The notes under the pieces were generated by a model, which saw only the letters and a program-made list of their open reading frames with translations, was not told the origin of the DNA and made no database searches. This document shows positions 8,413 through 17,519 of a stretch of DNA of 32,000 nt, in pieces. The stretch's first letter is position 1. The number at the start of each line of letters is the position of its first letter. Source of the stretch: Thermoproteus tenax Kra 1 (GTDB lineage: Archaea > Thermoproteota > Thermoprotei > Thermoproteales > Thermoproteaceae); contig NC_016070.1 of NCBI RefSeq assembly GCF_000253055.1, forward strand, positions 420,001 through 452,000, given 5' to 3'. A program made the position numbers and the translations under genes.

Positions 8413-8823
8413 ATACCCCAGGTCATCAAGTGGGTAAACCCAAAGGAGGACGAGATGACCTGGAAGTACCCCGTCGAGAGGATGGAGTGGGGAGCCCAAC
8501 TTATAGTCGCCGAGTGGCAGGCGGCCGTGTTCTTCAGAGACGGCAAGGCATACGACGTCTTTAGAGCGGGCCGCCATACATTGACCACGGCCAACCTCCC
8601 CTCCTCACGAGAATTCTGACGGCCGTAGCCGGCTTTGAGAGGAGTCCCTTTGTGGCCACGGTCATCTTCGTCTTTTGTCTCGAGAGAATACGCCGAAGAG
8701 GCTGGGCGATACGCCTCGGCGCTGAAGGTCAACGTCAAAGATGCGATTAGATTCGAGGGAGTTGTCTATATTCCTTCTGGATCTCGTACAGCTATAAGGG
8801 AAGGAGCTATTCGGCCGTTGTAG
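8413..8823 (+). pseudogene. Degraded SPFH-domain / virion-core-like (YdjI-type) gene
   Basis: Reading from ATA 8413: (I)PQVIKWVNPKEDEMTWKYPVERMEWGAQLIVAEWQAAVFFRDGKAYDVFRAGRHTLTTANLP, then SSREF* at 8617-8619. The expected continuation 'LLTRILTAVAGFERSPFVATVIFV' lies in another frame, and 'FVSREYAEEAG...' in a third. The initiation position reads ATA instead of ATG. Confidence 0.6.
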
Positions 8824-8840
8824 ACGCAGCCGAGGGCGAT

Positions 8841-9065
8841 GTGGTCTCCATGGAGTACCCCGTGCCGGCTAGGGGCAGACTCTACTCGTTGGGTCTGGGG
8901 GCGTTCATTATGGCGGTCTCAGCCGCCTTGGGAGCTGCTCTGGGGGGCCTGTCTGGGCTAGCCGGAGGTCTCACCGCAAGTCTCGGCGCTGCCGCGGTCG
9001 CCCTGAAAATGGCGGCCGCTAGGATAGGCATATACAGGGCCAGGTTGTCCACCGAGTTGATCTAG
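8841..9065 (+). CDS. Hypothetical small membrane protein, or C-terminal remnant of the upstream degraded gene
   Basis: GTG start, 74 aa with two hydrophobic segments. The same frame stays open upstream (SYKGRSYSAVVDAAEGDVVSMEYPV), so it may be a remnant rather than an independent gene. Confidence 0.35.
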   Translation: MVSMEYPVPARGRLYSLGLGAFIMAVSAALGAALGGLSGLAGGLTASLGAAAVALKMAAARIGIYRARLSTELI

Positions 9066-9101
9066 CCTCAAATATTTTTAATTGCCAGAGGTGGTCGGCC
9101 T

Positions 9102-9905
9102 ATGAAGCTTGAGTTCAAGATCAGCGCCCTGCCCCGCGACAGGAGGAACAGCCTACTGTTGGCCTGCCCTGAGCCCTCGCTCGCGGGCGTTATCGCCGTC
9201 GAGTACGTGATAGACCTCTTGAAGATGGAGGAGATAGGGGCCATAAGAATACCTGAGCTACCGCCTGTAGTAGCCGTAGTGAACGGAGCGGCCAAGCTGC
9301 CTCACCGCATTTTCTACAACAAAGACGCCGGGCTTTTGGCGATTAGACAACATATGCCCGTGCCTCCTCAGATCTACGCCGAGTTTGTGGGAAAGGTCTT
9401 GGACTGGGCCGAGGAGAACAAAGTGAGAGACGTCATCTGTCTGTCTGCGACTGCGGCCATAGGCGAGGGCGAGTCGGTCTACTTTGTCACAGAGGAGCAC
9501 CTAGTGGATCGCTTCAAATCGTTGGGGCTAACCCCTCTCAAGGAGGCCACAGTGGCCGGCCTAGAGGGCGCCTTCCTAGATGCCGTGTTGGGGAGATCTA
9601 TAGACGGAGTCTTGATATTGGCCGAGTCCAAGCTGCTCACGGCTGTCAAAAGGCTCGTTGAAAGCGGCAAAGTGGCAAGCCACAGAGATGTGCTCATGAT
9701 CTTAAACGACCTAGTGGGCAGAGTGGGACCCGATGTATCCGCCGCCATAAAGCTGATAGATGCAGTGGCCAAGATAACCGGCGTCCAGATTGACACTTCG
9801 AATCTGCAGGAGCACGCCCAAAAGTACGCCTTCTTGGTGGAGAAGAACATAGAGGCTATGATGCAGCCCGCGCAACAGAAAAGGGAGATACCGTTGATGA
9901 TCTAA
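9102..9905 (+). CDS. PAC2-family (proteasome assembly chaperone-like) protein
   Basis: 'RNSLLLACPEPSLAGVIAVEYVIDLLKMEEIGAI', 'ICLSATAA', 'TVAGLEGAFLDAV...DGVLILAES' resemble archaeal PAC2-family organisation. Confidence 0.7.
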   Translation: MKLEFKISALPRDRRNSLLLACPEPSLAGVIAVEYVIDLLKMEEIGAIRIPELPPVVAVVNGAAKLPHRIFYNKDAGLLAIRQHMPVPPQIYAEFVGKVLDWAEENKVRDVICLSATAAIGEGESVYFVTEEHLVDRFKSLGLTPLKEATVAGLEGAFLDAVLGRSIDGVLILAESKLLTAVKRLVESGKVASHRDVLMILNDLVGRVGPDVSAAIKLIDAVAKITGVQIDTSNLQEHAQKYAFLVEKNIEAMMQPAQQKREIPLMI

Positions 9906-9977
9906 GGTTGTTTCAAACATTATTGTCGGTAATAGCCGAAGGTAATGCTTAAAAGGAAAAATAATAAAATATACTCC

Positions 9978-11345
9978 ATGAAAACTTCTGTACTAATAGG
10001 AATTATAGTAGTAGTTATCGTTGTTATTGGATTGTTTTACGCCCTGAACCAAGGCGGTCCTTCACAAAAGTCTATCACGACGACAGCGAGTTCCGCCACT
10101 ACCTCCACGCCGACTCAGACTACAACTTCTCAGTGTCCCGATGAGGTTTTAATAGGCACGCCGGCCGCAATAAGCGGGAAATATTCTACTGAGGGCCAAT
10201 ATATCTTATGGGGCGCCATGGCGGCGGTGAATTGGATCAACGACCACGGCGGAATCAACTGTAGTGGAAAAATGGTAAAAGTCCGCTTGATATATCAAGA
10301 TTCACAGTCAAATGCGCAGTTGGCGGCCAGCATAGCGGAAAATTTAATCACGCAACAACACGTGAACTTCCTCCTGAGCCCCTATGGTTCTGATTTGGCC
10401 ATAGCGGTAGCTCCCGTCGCCGAAAAATACGGTGTCCTCATGGCAGTCGTGGGCGCATCTTCGGATCGCATATTCAGCCAAGGCTATAAGTATATAATCG
10501 GCGTGGCTTCGCCCGCGAGCCACTACTTTTGGTCTGTCCTAGACATGGTTAAATCTATAGATCCCTCGGCCAAGACTGTGGCAATACTCTACAGCGATGA
10601 CGAGTTCGATAGATATGTAGCGTCTGGAGCAAGGACCCACGCACAACAGCTCGGCATGCAGGTGGTGGTCTATGACCCCTATCCTCCTACGACGCAGGAT
10701 GTGACAAACCAAGTATTAGACGTCAAGAACGCTCATCCGGACATAATACTAGTGGCCGCCCACTATGCCGACGGCCAACTTGTCACGCGGACTTTATATC
10801 AACAGAACGTCACTGCGAAGCTCATAGCTATAACCGTGGCCCCGTTGGTTCCCGATTACTACAAGGCCCTCGGCGCTCTGGCGGAGTGTATTGTTGGGCC
10901 GTCCCACTGGGAAATTGGGGTCAGCTATACGCCGGATTTGGCGAAACAGAGGGGTTTAGACTGGTTCGGCCCAACCCGCGACGAGTTTATCCAGTACTTC
11001 AGACAAGTGGCTAAACAGATGTCGGGCAAGGAGGTTGATCCCGGCTATGAGGCTGCGTGGGCAGCTGAGGGCGTGTTGGTGCTCCTCTATGGCGTTCAGA
11101 AAGCAGGTAGCGTGAATCCAGACGCCGTTAGACAGGCCCTTGCTAACGCGGACTTCATGACGTTCTTCGGCGAATTTAAGATGAACTCTACAAACGGGCT
11201 GAACATAGCCCACTCGATGGTGGTAACACAGTGGCAGGCCGGGCAGAGGCTTGTGATATGGCCGCCGGCGGTAGCGCAGAACAAGCCGTTCTATCCCTCT
11301 TTGACGTGGAGCCAGAAGCTCGCCGGGATGGTCTGTAGGCCGTAA
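9978..11345 (+). CDS. ABC transporter substrate-binding protein, branched-chain amino-acid (LivK) type
   Basis: N-terminal signal/TM, Ser/Thr-rich linker, 'VLIGTPAAISGKYSTEGQYILWGAMAAVNWINDHGGI'. ATG 9978 is ~25 nt after CTTAAAAG (track start 9945). Confidence 0.88.
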   Translation: MKTSVLIGIIVVVIVVIGLFYALNQGGPSQKSITTTASSATTSTPTQTTTSQCPDEVLIGTPAAISGKYSTEGQYILWGAMAAVNWINDHGGINCSGKMVKVRLIYQDSQSNAQLAASIAENLITQQHVNFLLSPYGSDLAIAVAPVAEKYGVLMAVVGASSDRIFSQGYKYIIGVASPASHYFWSVLDMVKSIDPSAKTVAILYSDDEFDRYVASGARTHAQQLGMQVVVYDPYPPTTQDVTNQVLDVKNAHPDIILVAAHYADGQLVTRTLYQQNVTAKLIAITVAPLVPDYYKALGALAECIVGPSHWEIGVSYTPDLAKQRGLDWFGPTRDEFIQYFRQVAKQMSGKEVDPGYEAAWAAEGVLVLLYGVQKAGSVNPDAVRQALANADFMTFFGEFKMNSTNGLNIAHSMVVTQWQAGQRLVIWPPAVAQNKPFYPSLTWSQKLAGMVCRP

Positions 11346-12223
11346 TGATTGATGTAATTCCATATTTTTTAAACGGGCTTATAGTCGGTTCCATTTATGG
11401 CTTGATAACCATAGGTCTCAGCTTCATTTTCGGAGTCCTGAAGATAGTTAACGTGGCCCACGGCTCCTTCGTTATGTTGGGCGCATATGTGGCGTATTTC
11501 TCCTTCATTCTCTGGGCAATTCCGCCCCTCCTCTCAGTTTTCACCGGTTTCTTCGTCGGGGGAACGCTAGGTCTTTTAGTCTATTACGGGGTCATTAGGC
11601 CGCTACGTAAAGTTGGAGAAATGCATGTACTAGTGGCCTTGTTCGCGCTGGGCTCCCTCATCGCCGAGGTGGCCCGTATAATGTGGGGGCCCAACGTTGT
11701 GGGCTTCACTTGGGACGTGGGGTCGTTCTCCGTCTCGGGCTATATGGTGCAGTTGTCGCAATTGGCAGGTTCGCTTGCTGCGTTGATAATAGCAGTCTCT
11801 CTACAGATGGTTCTCTACAAGACCTACTTCGGGCGGGCCGTGAGAGCCATAGTCCAAGACCCCGTGGGAGCTCAAGTCGTGGGCATTAACGTTGAGAGGA
11901 TCTACGCCGTAAGCGCCGCGATAGGCGTCGCGCTCACCACAGCCGGCGGAGTGCTACTCACCCTCTTTATACCCGTGGGCATAAATCCGTATATGGGCGA
12001 TCCTTACACACTAATGGCCTTCGTCATCGCCGTAATGGGCGGTCTCGAGTCGACTTTGGGCGCCTATGTGGCTGGGCTCATCTTCGGTGAAATAATATCA
12101 TTGGGTTACCCGCTCTTCAGCAGGCTCGGCTTCGCCGGCCCCTACCAGATGTCCTTATTCACGGGCTTTGTTATATTGATCATGTTCTTGCTCTTTAGAC
12201 CTTCCGGCTTGTTTAAATCATGA
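11345..12223 (+). CDS. livH: Branched-chain amino-acid-type ABC transporter permease (LivH-like)
   Basis: 'LNGLIVGSIYGLITIGLSFIFGVLKIVNVAHGSFVMLGAYVAY', typical LivH N-terminus, overlapping the upstream gene. Confidence 0.9.
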   Translation: MIDVIPYFLNGLIVGSIYGLITIGLSFIFGVLKIVNVAHGSFVMLGAYVAYFSFILWAIPPLLSVFTGFFVGGTLGLLVYYGVIRPLRKVGEMHVLVALFALGSLIAEVARIMWGPNVVGFTWDVGSFSVSGYMVQLSQLAGSLAALIIAVSLQMVLYKTYFGRAVRAIVQDPVGAQVVGINVERIYAVSAAIGVALTTAGGVLLTLFIPVGINPYMGDPYTLMAFVIAVMGGLESTLGAYVAGLIFGEIISLGYPLFSRLGFAGPYQMSLFTGFVILIMFLLFRPSGLFKS

Positions 12224-13185
12224 GGCCGCACATCCCAGTGGCCATTTACGCCAGCATGATCGCACTCGCCCTCGCAAGGCCTGACCTATCTCAGACTATT
12301 GAGACCATAGCCTTTTATATGACGCTAGGACAAGCCGTCAATATCTTCGTTGGACTGACGGGCTATGTTAACTTCGGCTACGCTGCCTTCCTCGCAATGG
12401 GCGCCTACGGTCTGGGGGTGGTGATAGCGTATATGCCTTGGCTCGGTATATGGACGTTGCCTCTGGGGTTGGCGCTCGGAGCTCTTCTGGCTACGGCGTT
12501 GGCAGCCGCTGTGGGCGCTGTGGCGCTCAGGCTACGGAGCGCCTATTTCGCGATAGCCACCATAGGCATAAATGAGGGTCTAAAGAATTTAATAATAGGA
12601 GCCAATATATGGGGCGGAAGCGCAGGCCTTGTGTTGGGCTACAACATGTTTCAGACGTACGGCCGCGAAACGGCGTTATTCTTGTCTACGACCGGCTCAG
12701 CGGTATTAGTATTAGCCACTGGCCTTCTCGCCGTAGTGGCCACCTATCTGCTACAGAGTGGGCAGGCCGGCTACGCGCTCGCGGCCATACGACAAGATGA
12801 AGATGCAGCGAAAGTAATGGGGATAAATCCCACTAAGTACAAGCTGATTGCCTTCAGCTTAAGCGCTGTGTTCTCGGCTTTATTGGGCTCGGCCGCGTTC
12901 CCCCTGGCGGCCACCCAAGTGTTTCCCGACGTAGTGTTCAGCGTGGGCTATATCTTGGACGGTCTCGCTGTAGCATTCCTAGGAGGCATTGGCACAACCA
13001 CAGGGCCTATAATAGGCGGACTGCTCTACGTGCCCATCAGGTTGTTAGTGGGACAAACCTTGCCCTCTTACCAATCTCTGATAACACCTGTGATGGTGTT
13101 GTTAATAATTCTGCTTATGCCTAGAGGACTAGTGGGCGAAGTTCGTCGGCGTCTGCCTGGGCGGGCCAAGGAGTGGCTGCCATGA
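12220..13185 (+). CDS. livM: Branched-chain amino-acid-type ABC transporter permease (LivM-like)
   Basis: 'GLTGYVNFGYAAFLAMGAYGLGV', 'SAYFAIATIGINEGLKNLIIG', 'GYALAAIRQDEDAAKVMGINPTKYKLIAF'. Confidence 0.9.
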   Translation: MRPHIPVAIYASMIALALARPDLSQTIETIAFYMTLGQAVNIFVGLTGYVNFGYAAFLAMGAYGLGVVIAYMPWLGIWTLPLGLALGALLATALAAAVGAVALRLRSAYFAIATIGINEGLKNLIIGANIWGGSAGLVLGYNMFQTYGRETALFLSTTGSAVLVLATGLLAVVATYLLQSGQAGYALAAIRQDEDAAKVMGINPTKYKLIAFSLSAVFSALLGSAAFPLAATQVFPDVVFSVGYILDGLAVAFLGGIGTTTGPIIGGLLYVPIRLLVGQTLPSYQSLITPVMVLLIILLMPRGLVGEVRRRLPGRAKEWLP

Positions 13186-13913
13186 CGCTTCTGAGAGTTC
13201 AGAACGTCGTCAAAAGGTTCGGAGGTTTGATCGCTTTACACGGCGTATCGTTGGAGGTCGAGAGAGGCGAGTTTGTGGCCGTAGTGGGGCCCAACGGCTC
13301 GGGCAAGACGACGCTCCTCAACGTAATCAACGGCGTTTATAAGCCGGATAATGGGCGAGTGTATTTCGAGGGGCGCGATGTGACCGACCTTCCGGCGTAT
13401 AAGAGGGCCAAGCTGGGTATGTCGCGCGCATTTCAAGTGCCGCGCCCCTTCCCAGAGCTCACCGTTCTGGAGAACGTTGTAGTTGGCGCCCTATTCAATG
13501 GCGGATATGACCTAGCGGAGGCCAGAGAGGTGGCCAAGGAGGTACTAGGGTATGTGGGGCTGGCTAAGAAGGTAGACGAGCCCGCCGGAAGACTCACGTT
13601 CAACGAGATGAGACTCTTAGAACTCGCAAGGGCGCTCGCGGGCAGACCCAAACTGTTGATGTTAGATGAAGTAATGGCCGGGCTCAACCCGGCCGAGATA
13701 GACTCAATGGTAAAATTGATCAAGAGGATAGTCGAAGAGAGAAACATAGCGGCTTTGTCTCTAGTTGAGCACAGAATGAAAGCCGTAGTGCAATTAGCCA
13801 CAAGGGTAGTGGTTATGCACCAAGGGAGGATAGTAGCAGAGGGGCCTCCCGATGTGGCTCTCAACAACCCCCTAGTTGTGGAGGTCTATTTGGGGAGACC
13901 ATGGCGCTCGTAG
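13173..13913 (+). CDS. livG: Branched-chain amino-acid-type ABC transporter ATPase (LivG-like)
   Basis: Walker A 'GPNGSGKTTLLN', 'VYKPDNGRVYFEGRDVT', Walker B 'LLMLDEVMAGLNPAE'. Confidence 0.9.
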   Translation: MAAMTLLRVQNVVKRFGGLIALHGVSLEVERGEFVAVVGPNGSGKTTLLNVINGVYKPDNGRVYFEGRDVTDLPAYKRAKLGMSRAFQVPRPFPELTVLENVVVGALFNGGYDLAEAREVAKEVLGYVGLAKKVDEPAGRLTFNEMRLLELARALAGRPKLLMLDEVMAGLNPAEIDSMVKLIKRIVEERNIAALSLVEHRMKAVVQLATRVVVMHQGRIVAEGPPDVALNNPLVVEVYLGRPWRS

Positions 13914-14605
13914 TAGATGGCTTGACGTCGGGGTACGGCAAGCTGCAGGTATTATTCGGAGTCTCGTTTAAGGCAGAGGAGAGATCGATCACTGCGCTTA
14001 TAGGGCCCAACGGTGCCGGCAAAACGACCACGCTTAACTCCATAATGGGAATAGTGAGGGCATGGTCGGGCTCTGTGATGTATAGGGGGGCCGATATCAC
14101 GAGGATCCCGCCTTATAGAAAGGTTGAGATGGGACTCGCCATGGTGCCAGAGGGGAGAAGGATCTTTGTAAACATGAGCGTTGAGGAGAACTTGATTATG
14201 GGGGCCTACGTTAAAAGGGCTCGCGAGAAGCTCGACGATTCTCTGGACTACGTATACTCTCTTTTCCCGCGGCTGAGGGAGAGGAAGAGGCAGAAGGCGG
14301 GCACCTTAAGCGGAGGAGAACAACAGATGCTGGCTATAGCCAGGGCGTTGGTATCAAGGCCCCACGTTCTACTAATCGACGAGCCCTCAGCTGGCCTGGC
14401 GCCTAAAATCGTCGCAGACATCTTTGGAGTATTTAAACAGATCAAAAGCGATACGGCTATTGTGTTGGTGGAGCAAAACGTGGCCGCCGCATTGGAGACA
14501 GCGGACTACGGCTATGTCATTGAGAACGGAAGAGTTGTTATGTCGGGCACATCAGAGGAACTCCTCAGATCCAACCACGTGAAAAGGGCTTATCTCGGCG
14601 TTTGA
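13901..14605 (+). CDS. livF: Branched-chain amino-acid-type ABC transporter ATPase (LivF-like)
   Basis: 'LTSGYGKLQVLFGVSF', Walker A 'GPNGAGKTTTLNSIMG', signature 'LSGGEQQMLAIARAL', 'LLIDEPSAGLAP'. Confidence 0.92.
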   Translation: MALVVDGLTSGYGKLQVLFGVSFKAEERSITALIGPNGAGKTTTLNSIMGIVRAWSGSVMYRGADITRIPPYRKVEMGLAMVPEGRRIFVNMSVEENLIMGAYVKRAREKLDDSLDYVYSLFPRLRERKRQKAGTLSGGEQQMLAIARALVSRPHVLLIDEPSAGLAPKIVADIFGVFKQIKSDTAIVLVEQNVAAALETADYGYVIENGRVVMSGTSEELLRSNHVKRAYLGV

Positions 14606-14613
14606 TCTGGCTA

Positions 14614-15498
14614 CTAGGGCAGCTCGATCCTCTTATTCCCTCTGGCTATCTTAAACTTTGGAGCTCTGCCCTCAACGAACGCCCTCGCGATGGCCAGTCT
14701 CAGCTGGAAGACGTTGGAGACTCTATCGCCGTCCGCCTCTATTATTATGTCGCCTCGCCTGAGCCCCATCTCCTCGGCGGGAGAGCCGGGAGCTACGTTC
14801 AAGACTAACAGGCCTTGCTCCACCGGCAGCTTGTAGACGGCCGCCATTGCCTTATTGACCGCGGCCACGTAGACGCCTATTGCAGGTCTCACGTAGCGGC
14901 CGTACCTCCTCAAGATCTCTATGGCGATTGAGGCGAGGTCGATAGGTATAGCGAACCCTATCCCCTGGGCCCCCGCTATGATCGCTGTATTTATGCCCAC
15001 GGCCTCCCCCCTCGAGTTGACTAGGGGTCCCCCCGAGTTGCCAGGGTTTATTGCGGCGTCCGTCTGTATCAGGAACTCGAACGTCTTGTCGCCGAGCGCG
15101 AGGCTCCTCCCCACCGCGCTAACGATGCCCAACGTGGCCGTGGGCCTGTCCAACATAGCCAGGGGATAGCCCAGGGCCAGGACGGGCTCCCCCACTCTGA
15201 GCCTCAGCGCTGAGCCCAAAGCCAGCTGCGGAGCCCTCAAGTCCGAGGCCAGTACGGCCAGATCGTCGCCGGGATCGGCGGCGACGACGTGGGCCTCGGC
15301 GACCTCGCCATCGGGCGTGGCCAGAACTATTGACTCGGCCTGGGAGACGACGTGATGCGCCGTGATGTACAGCCCGCCGCCCGCTGAAAACGCCGTGCCG
15401 AAGGATCGCCCCTCCTCGAACCCCCAGATGTCTGTCACCCTCGTGAGAACCGCGACGACCGACCTTGAGATCCTCTCGACAAGTTCCGAGTAGTCCAT
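14614..15498 (-). CDS. Trypsin-like serine protease with PDZ domain (HtrA/DegP-like), no obvious signal peptide
   Basis: Catalytic triad contexts 'ITAHHVV', 'DPGDDLAVL', 'NPGNSGGPLVN', and PDZ 'GLLVLNVAPGSPAEEMGLRRGDIIIEADG'. Confidence 0.92.
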   Translation of the reverse strand: MDYSELVERISRSVVAVLTRVTDIWGFEEGRSFGTAFSAGGGLYITAHHVVSQAESIVLATPDGEVAEAHVVAADPGDDLAVLASDLRAPQLALGSALRLRVGEPVLALGYPLAMLDRPTATLGIVSAVGRSLALGDKTFEFLIQTDAAINPGNSGGPLVNSRGEAVGINTAIIAGAQGIGFAIPIDLASIAIEILRRYGRYVRPAIGVYVAAVNKAMAAVYKLPVEQGLLVLNVAPGSPAEEMGLRRGDIIIEADGDRVSNVFQLRLAIARAFVEGRAPKFKIARGNKRIELP

Positions 15499-15513
15499 GG
15501 CTATACTCTACAT

Positions 15514-15526
15514 CTTTTAAATAAAG
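15514..15526. promoter_or_regulatory. Candidate shared bidirectional TATA element
   Basis: CTTTTAAATAAAG is near-symmetric and sits ~22 nt from both divergent starts (15498 minus, 15541 plus). Confidence 0.45.
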
Positions 15527-15540
15527 GACTCTTCCAGTAT

Positions 15541-16356
15541 ATGGAGACCAAATGTTTTAAGGCACTGGGCTGCATATCGGCGTTGGGCCTCGGCACTTCA
15601 GGACTAGGCGGAGGACTATGGCAGAGGGATGAGGCGCACGACGAGAGACATCTAGCGGTGTTGGCCAACGCTCTAGCCAAGGGCATTTGGGTCATAGACA
15701 CCTCGGAGGTCTACGGGGACGGCCACGCCGAGGAGTTGATAGGCAAAGCCCTCTCCAACTTCGGGAGAGGGGAGAGAGATAGGATCATTGTAATCACGAA
15801 GTTCTGGCCGGACAAGGCCGACGAGGACTCCATAATAAGCTCGGCCAAGTCCAGCGCGCGCCGCTTGGGGACCTATATCGATGTGTTTATGCCCCACGGC
15901 CCCACATCGGACCTCTGCAAAACCGTCAGAGCTATGGAGAAAGTTGTGGACATGGGCTTGGCCAGGTTCTGGGGCCTTAGCAACGTCAAAAGAGTTGATA
16001 TAGAGGGAGCAAGGGGCTGCGCAAAGAAATACGACATAGCCGCCGTAGAGAACATATTCAACTTCATCAACAAGATAGACGCCCACGAGGGGCTGTCCTA
16101 CGCCCAGAGGGAGGGAATATTGTATATCGCAGCGAGCCCGCTCGGGAGGGGGTTGGTGCTCGAGAGCATAAAGCTTAGGAGAATAGCGAACGCGCTGAAG
16201 AGGACGCCAGCTCAGATAGCCCTCCGCTGGCTTATGGACAAGGAGGGGGTCGTCCCAATACCCAGAACGAGTAGGCCGGAGAGAGTTCTGGAGTTCGCCG
16301 AGACGTACGGCTGGAGGTTGCCTGAGGAGTACGCCAGAGAGCTGGACTCCCTCTAA
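15541..16356 (+). CDS. Aldo/keto reductase
   Basis: 'LGLGTSGLGG', 'IDTSEVYGDGHAEELIGKAL', 'IVITKFWP', 'YIDVFMPHGP', 'RWLMDKEGVVPIPRTSRPERVLEFAE'. Confidence 0.9.
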   Translation: METKCFKALGCISALGLGTSGLGGGLWQRDEAHDERHLAVLANALAKGIWVIDTSEVYGDGHAEELIGKALSNFGRGERDRIIVITKFWPDKADEDSIISSAKSSARRLGTYIDVFMPHGPTSDLCKTVRAMEKVVDMGLARFWGLSNVKRVDIEGARGCAKKYDIAAVENIFNFINKIDAHEGLSYAQREGILYIAASPLGRGLVLESIKLRRIANALKRTPAQIALRWLMDKEGVVPIPRTSRPERVLEFAETYGWRLPEEYARELDSL

Positions 16357-17390
16357 CAGATCCTGGGCACGAGCTCGCCTCTGGGCGGCTCCAATATCCT
16401 CAGTCCTCCCACCGACGTCTTCAACAAGGCGTATCCCTTGTGTCTCTCGGCCGATTTGAACTCGCCTATGACTCTGGCGTTGGAGAAGCCCAGAGATCTG
16501 GCCAACTTGACCACTTCGTCGGCCACAGTCGGGTCCACGGCGAGCACGGCGACGCCCTCGCTGGCCAGATGGAGCGGGTCTATGCCCAACATGTTTGCGT
16601 AGGACGCCACCTCGGGCCTTACGGGCACTGCGTCCTCCTCAACGACGATCACGCCGCCGCCAGCCTTAGCCCAGTCGTTTAACACCATGGAGAGTCCGCC
16701 GCGAGTGGGGTCCCGGGCGGCGTGGATATAGTCTCCGTATCTGTCCAAGAGGGGCAACATGAGCTTCGTCAAAGGCTTCACGTCGCTCCTCAGCTTGAGC
16801 TCCTCGGGCTTCTCCACGTCCCCCATCTGCATCATCAATATCACTGCGCCGTGGTCGCCCACGTAGTCGCTGACGATAATCTTGTCGCCGTCCCTCGGCT
16901 TGTCCACTATGGGCCTCTTGGCCACTCCGATCCCCACTGTGGTGATCACCACTTTGTCCAACTGCCCCTTGGGCATCACTTTGAAATCTCCTCCTATCAG
17001 GGCGACCCCCTCAGACCTCAGCACAGAGAGAAAGGAGTTGGTGATCCTCTCCAGAGTCTCCATGGGGAGCCCCTCCTCGGCTATTACGGCGTCCAACATG
17101 GCCAGAGGTCTCCCGCCCATCATGAGGACATCGTTTATAGACCCGGAGGCCGCTAATACGCCTATATCTCCGCCTGGAAAGAAGGGAGGATTCACCGTGT
17201 AGGAGTCCACGGTGACCACTAGGTACGAGCCATCGCCCATCGGTATCGCCGCCGCGTCGTCGGGGAAGTCCAGGCCGACTCCGCCCTCGACCCTCTTCAG
17301 CGAATCGGCGAGCTTAGATATGAAGAGCCGCTCCACAATCTCGGACGTCTCGACGCCTCCAGAGCCGTGGGACAGCTTGACTACAGACAT
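16353..17390 (-). CDS. hypE: Hydrogenase maturation factor HypE
   Basis: 'LSHGSGGVETSEIVERLF', 'DDAAAI', 'GSINDVLMMGGRPLAM', 'ARDPTRGGLSMVLNDWA', and the diagnostic C-terminal '-PRIC' carrying the terminal cysteine. Confidence 0.93.
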   Translation of the reverse strand: MSVVKLSHGSGGVETSEIVERLFISKLADSLKRVEGGVGLDFPDDAAAIPMGDGSYLVVTVDSYTVNPPFFPGGDIGVLAASGSINDVLMMGGRPLAMLDAVIAEEGLPMETLERITNSFLSVLRSEGVALIGGDFKVMPKGQLDKVVITTVGIGVAKRPIVDKPRDGDKIIVSDYVGDHGAVILMMQMGDVEKPEELKLRSDVKPLTKLMLPLLDRYGDYIHAARDPTRGGLSMVLNDWAKAGGGVIVVEEDAVPVRPEVASYANMLGIDPLHLASEGVAVLAVDPTVADEVVKLARSLGFSNARVIGEFKSAERHKGYALLKTSVGGLRILEPPRGELVPRIC

Positions 17391-17439
17391 GCCGGAGTCT
17401 GTGGTTGGCTTTTAAAATCTGTCCAGTGCGCGATACAGT

Positions 17440-17488
17440 GTGCACAGAATTGTTAATAATTCAGAGAAAATCCAAGCATTTCGTGCAC
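17440..17488. promoter_or_regulatory. Paired GTGCAC palindromes upstream of the metal-binding SBP gene
   Basis: GTGCAC at 17440-17445 and at 17483-17488 (43-nt start-to-start spacing). The second abuts TATTTTAATA. Confidence 0.4.
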
Positions 17489-17519
17489 AATATTTTAATA
17501 CTTGCGGAGGACGAGACAC

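Noticed and set aside
9978-14605. Possible novelty in the five-gene ABC transporter cluster
   Set aside because: Standard LivK-H-M-G-F order with normal motifs. Substrate specificity cannot be inferred, but nothing is unusual.
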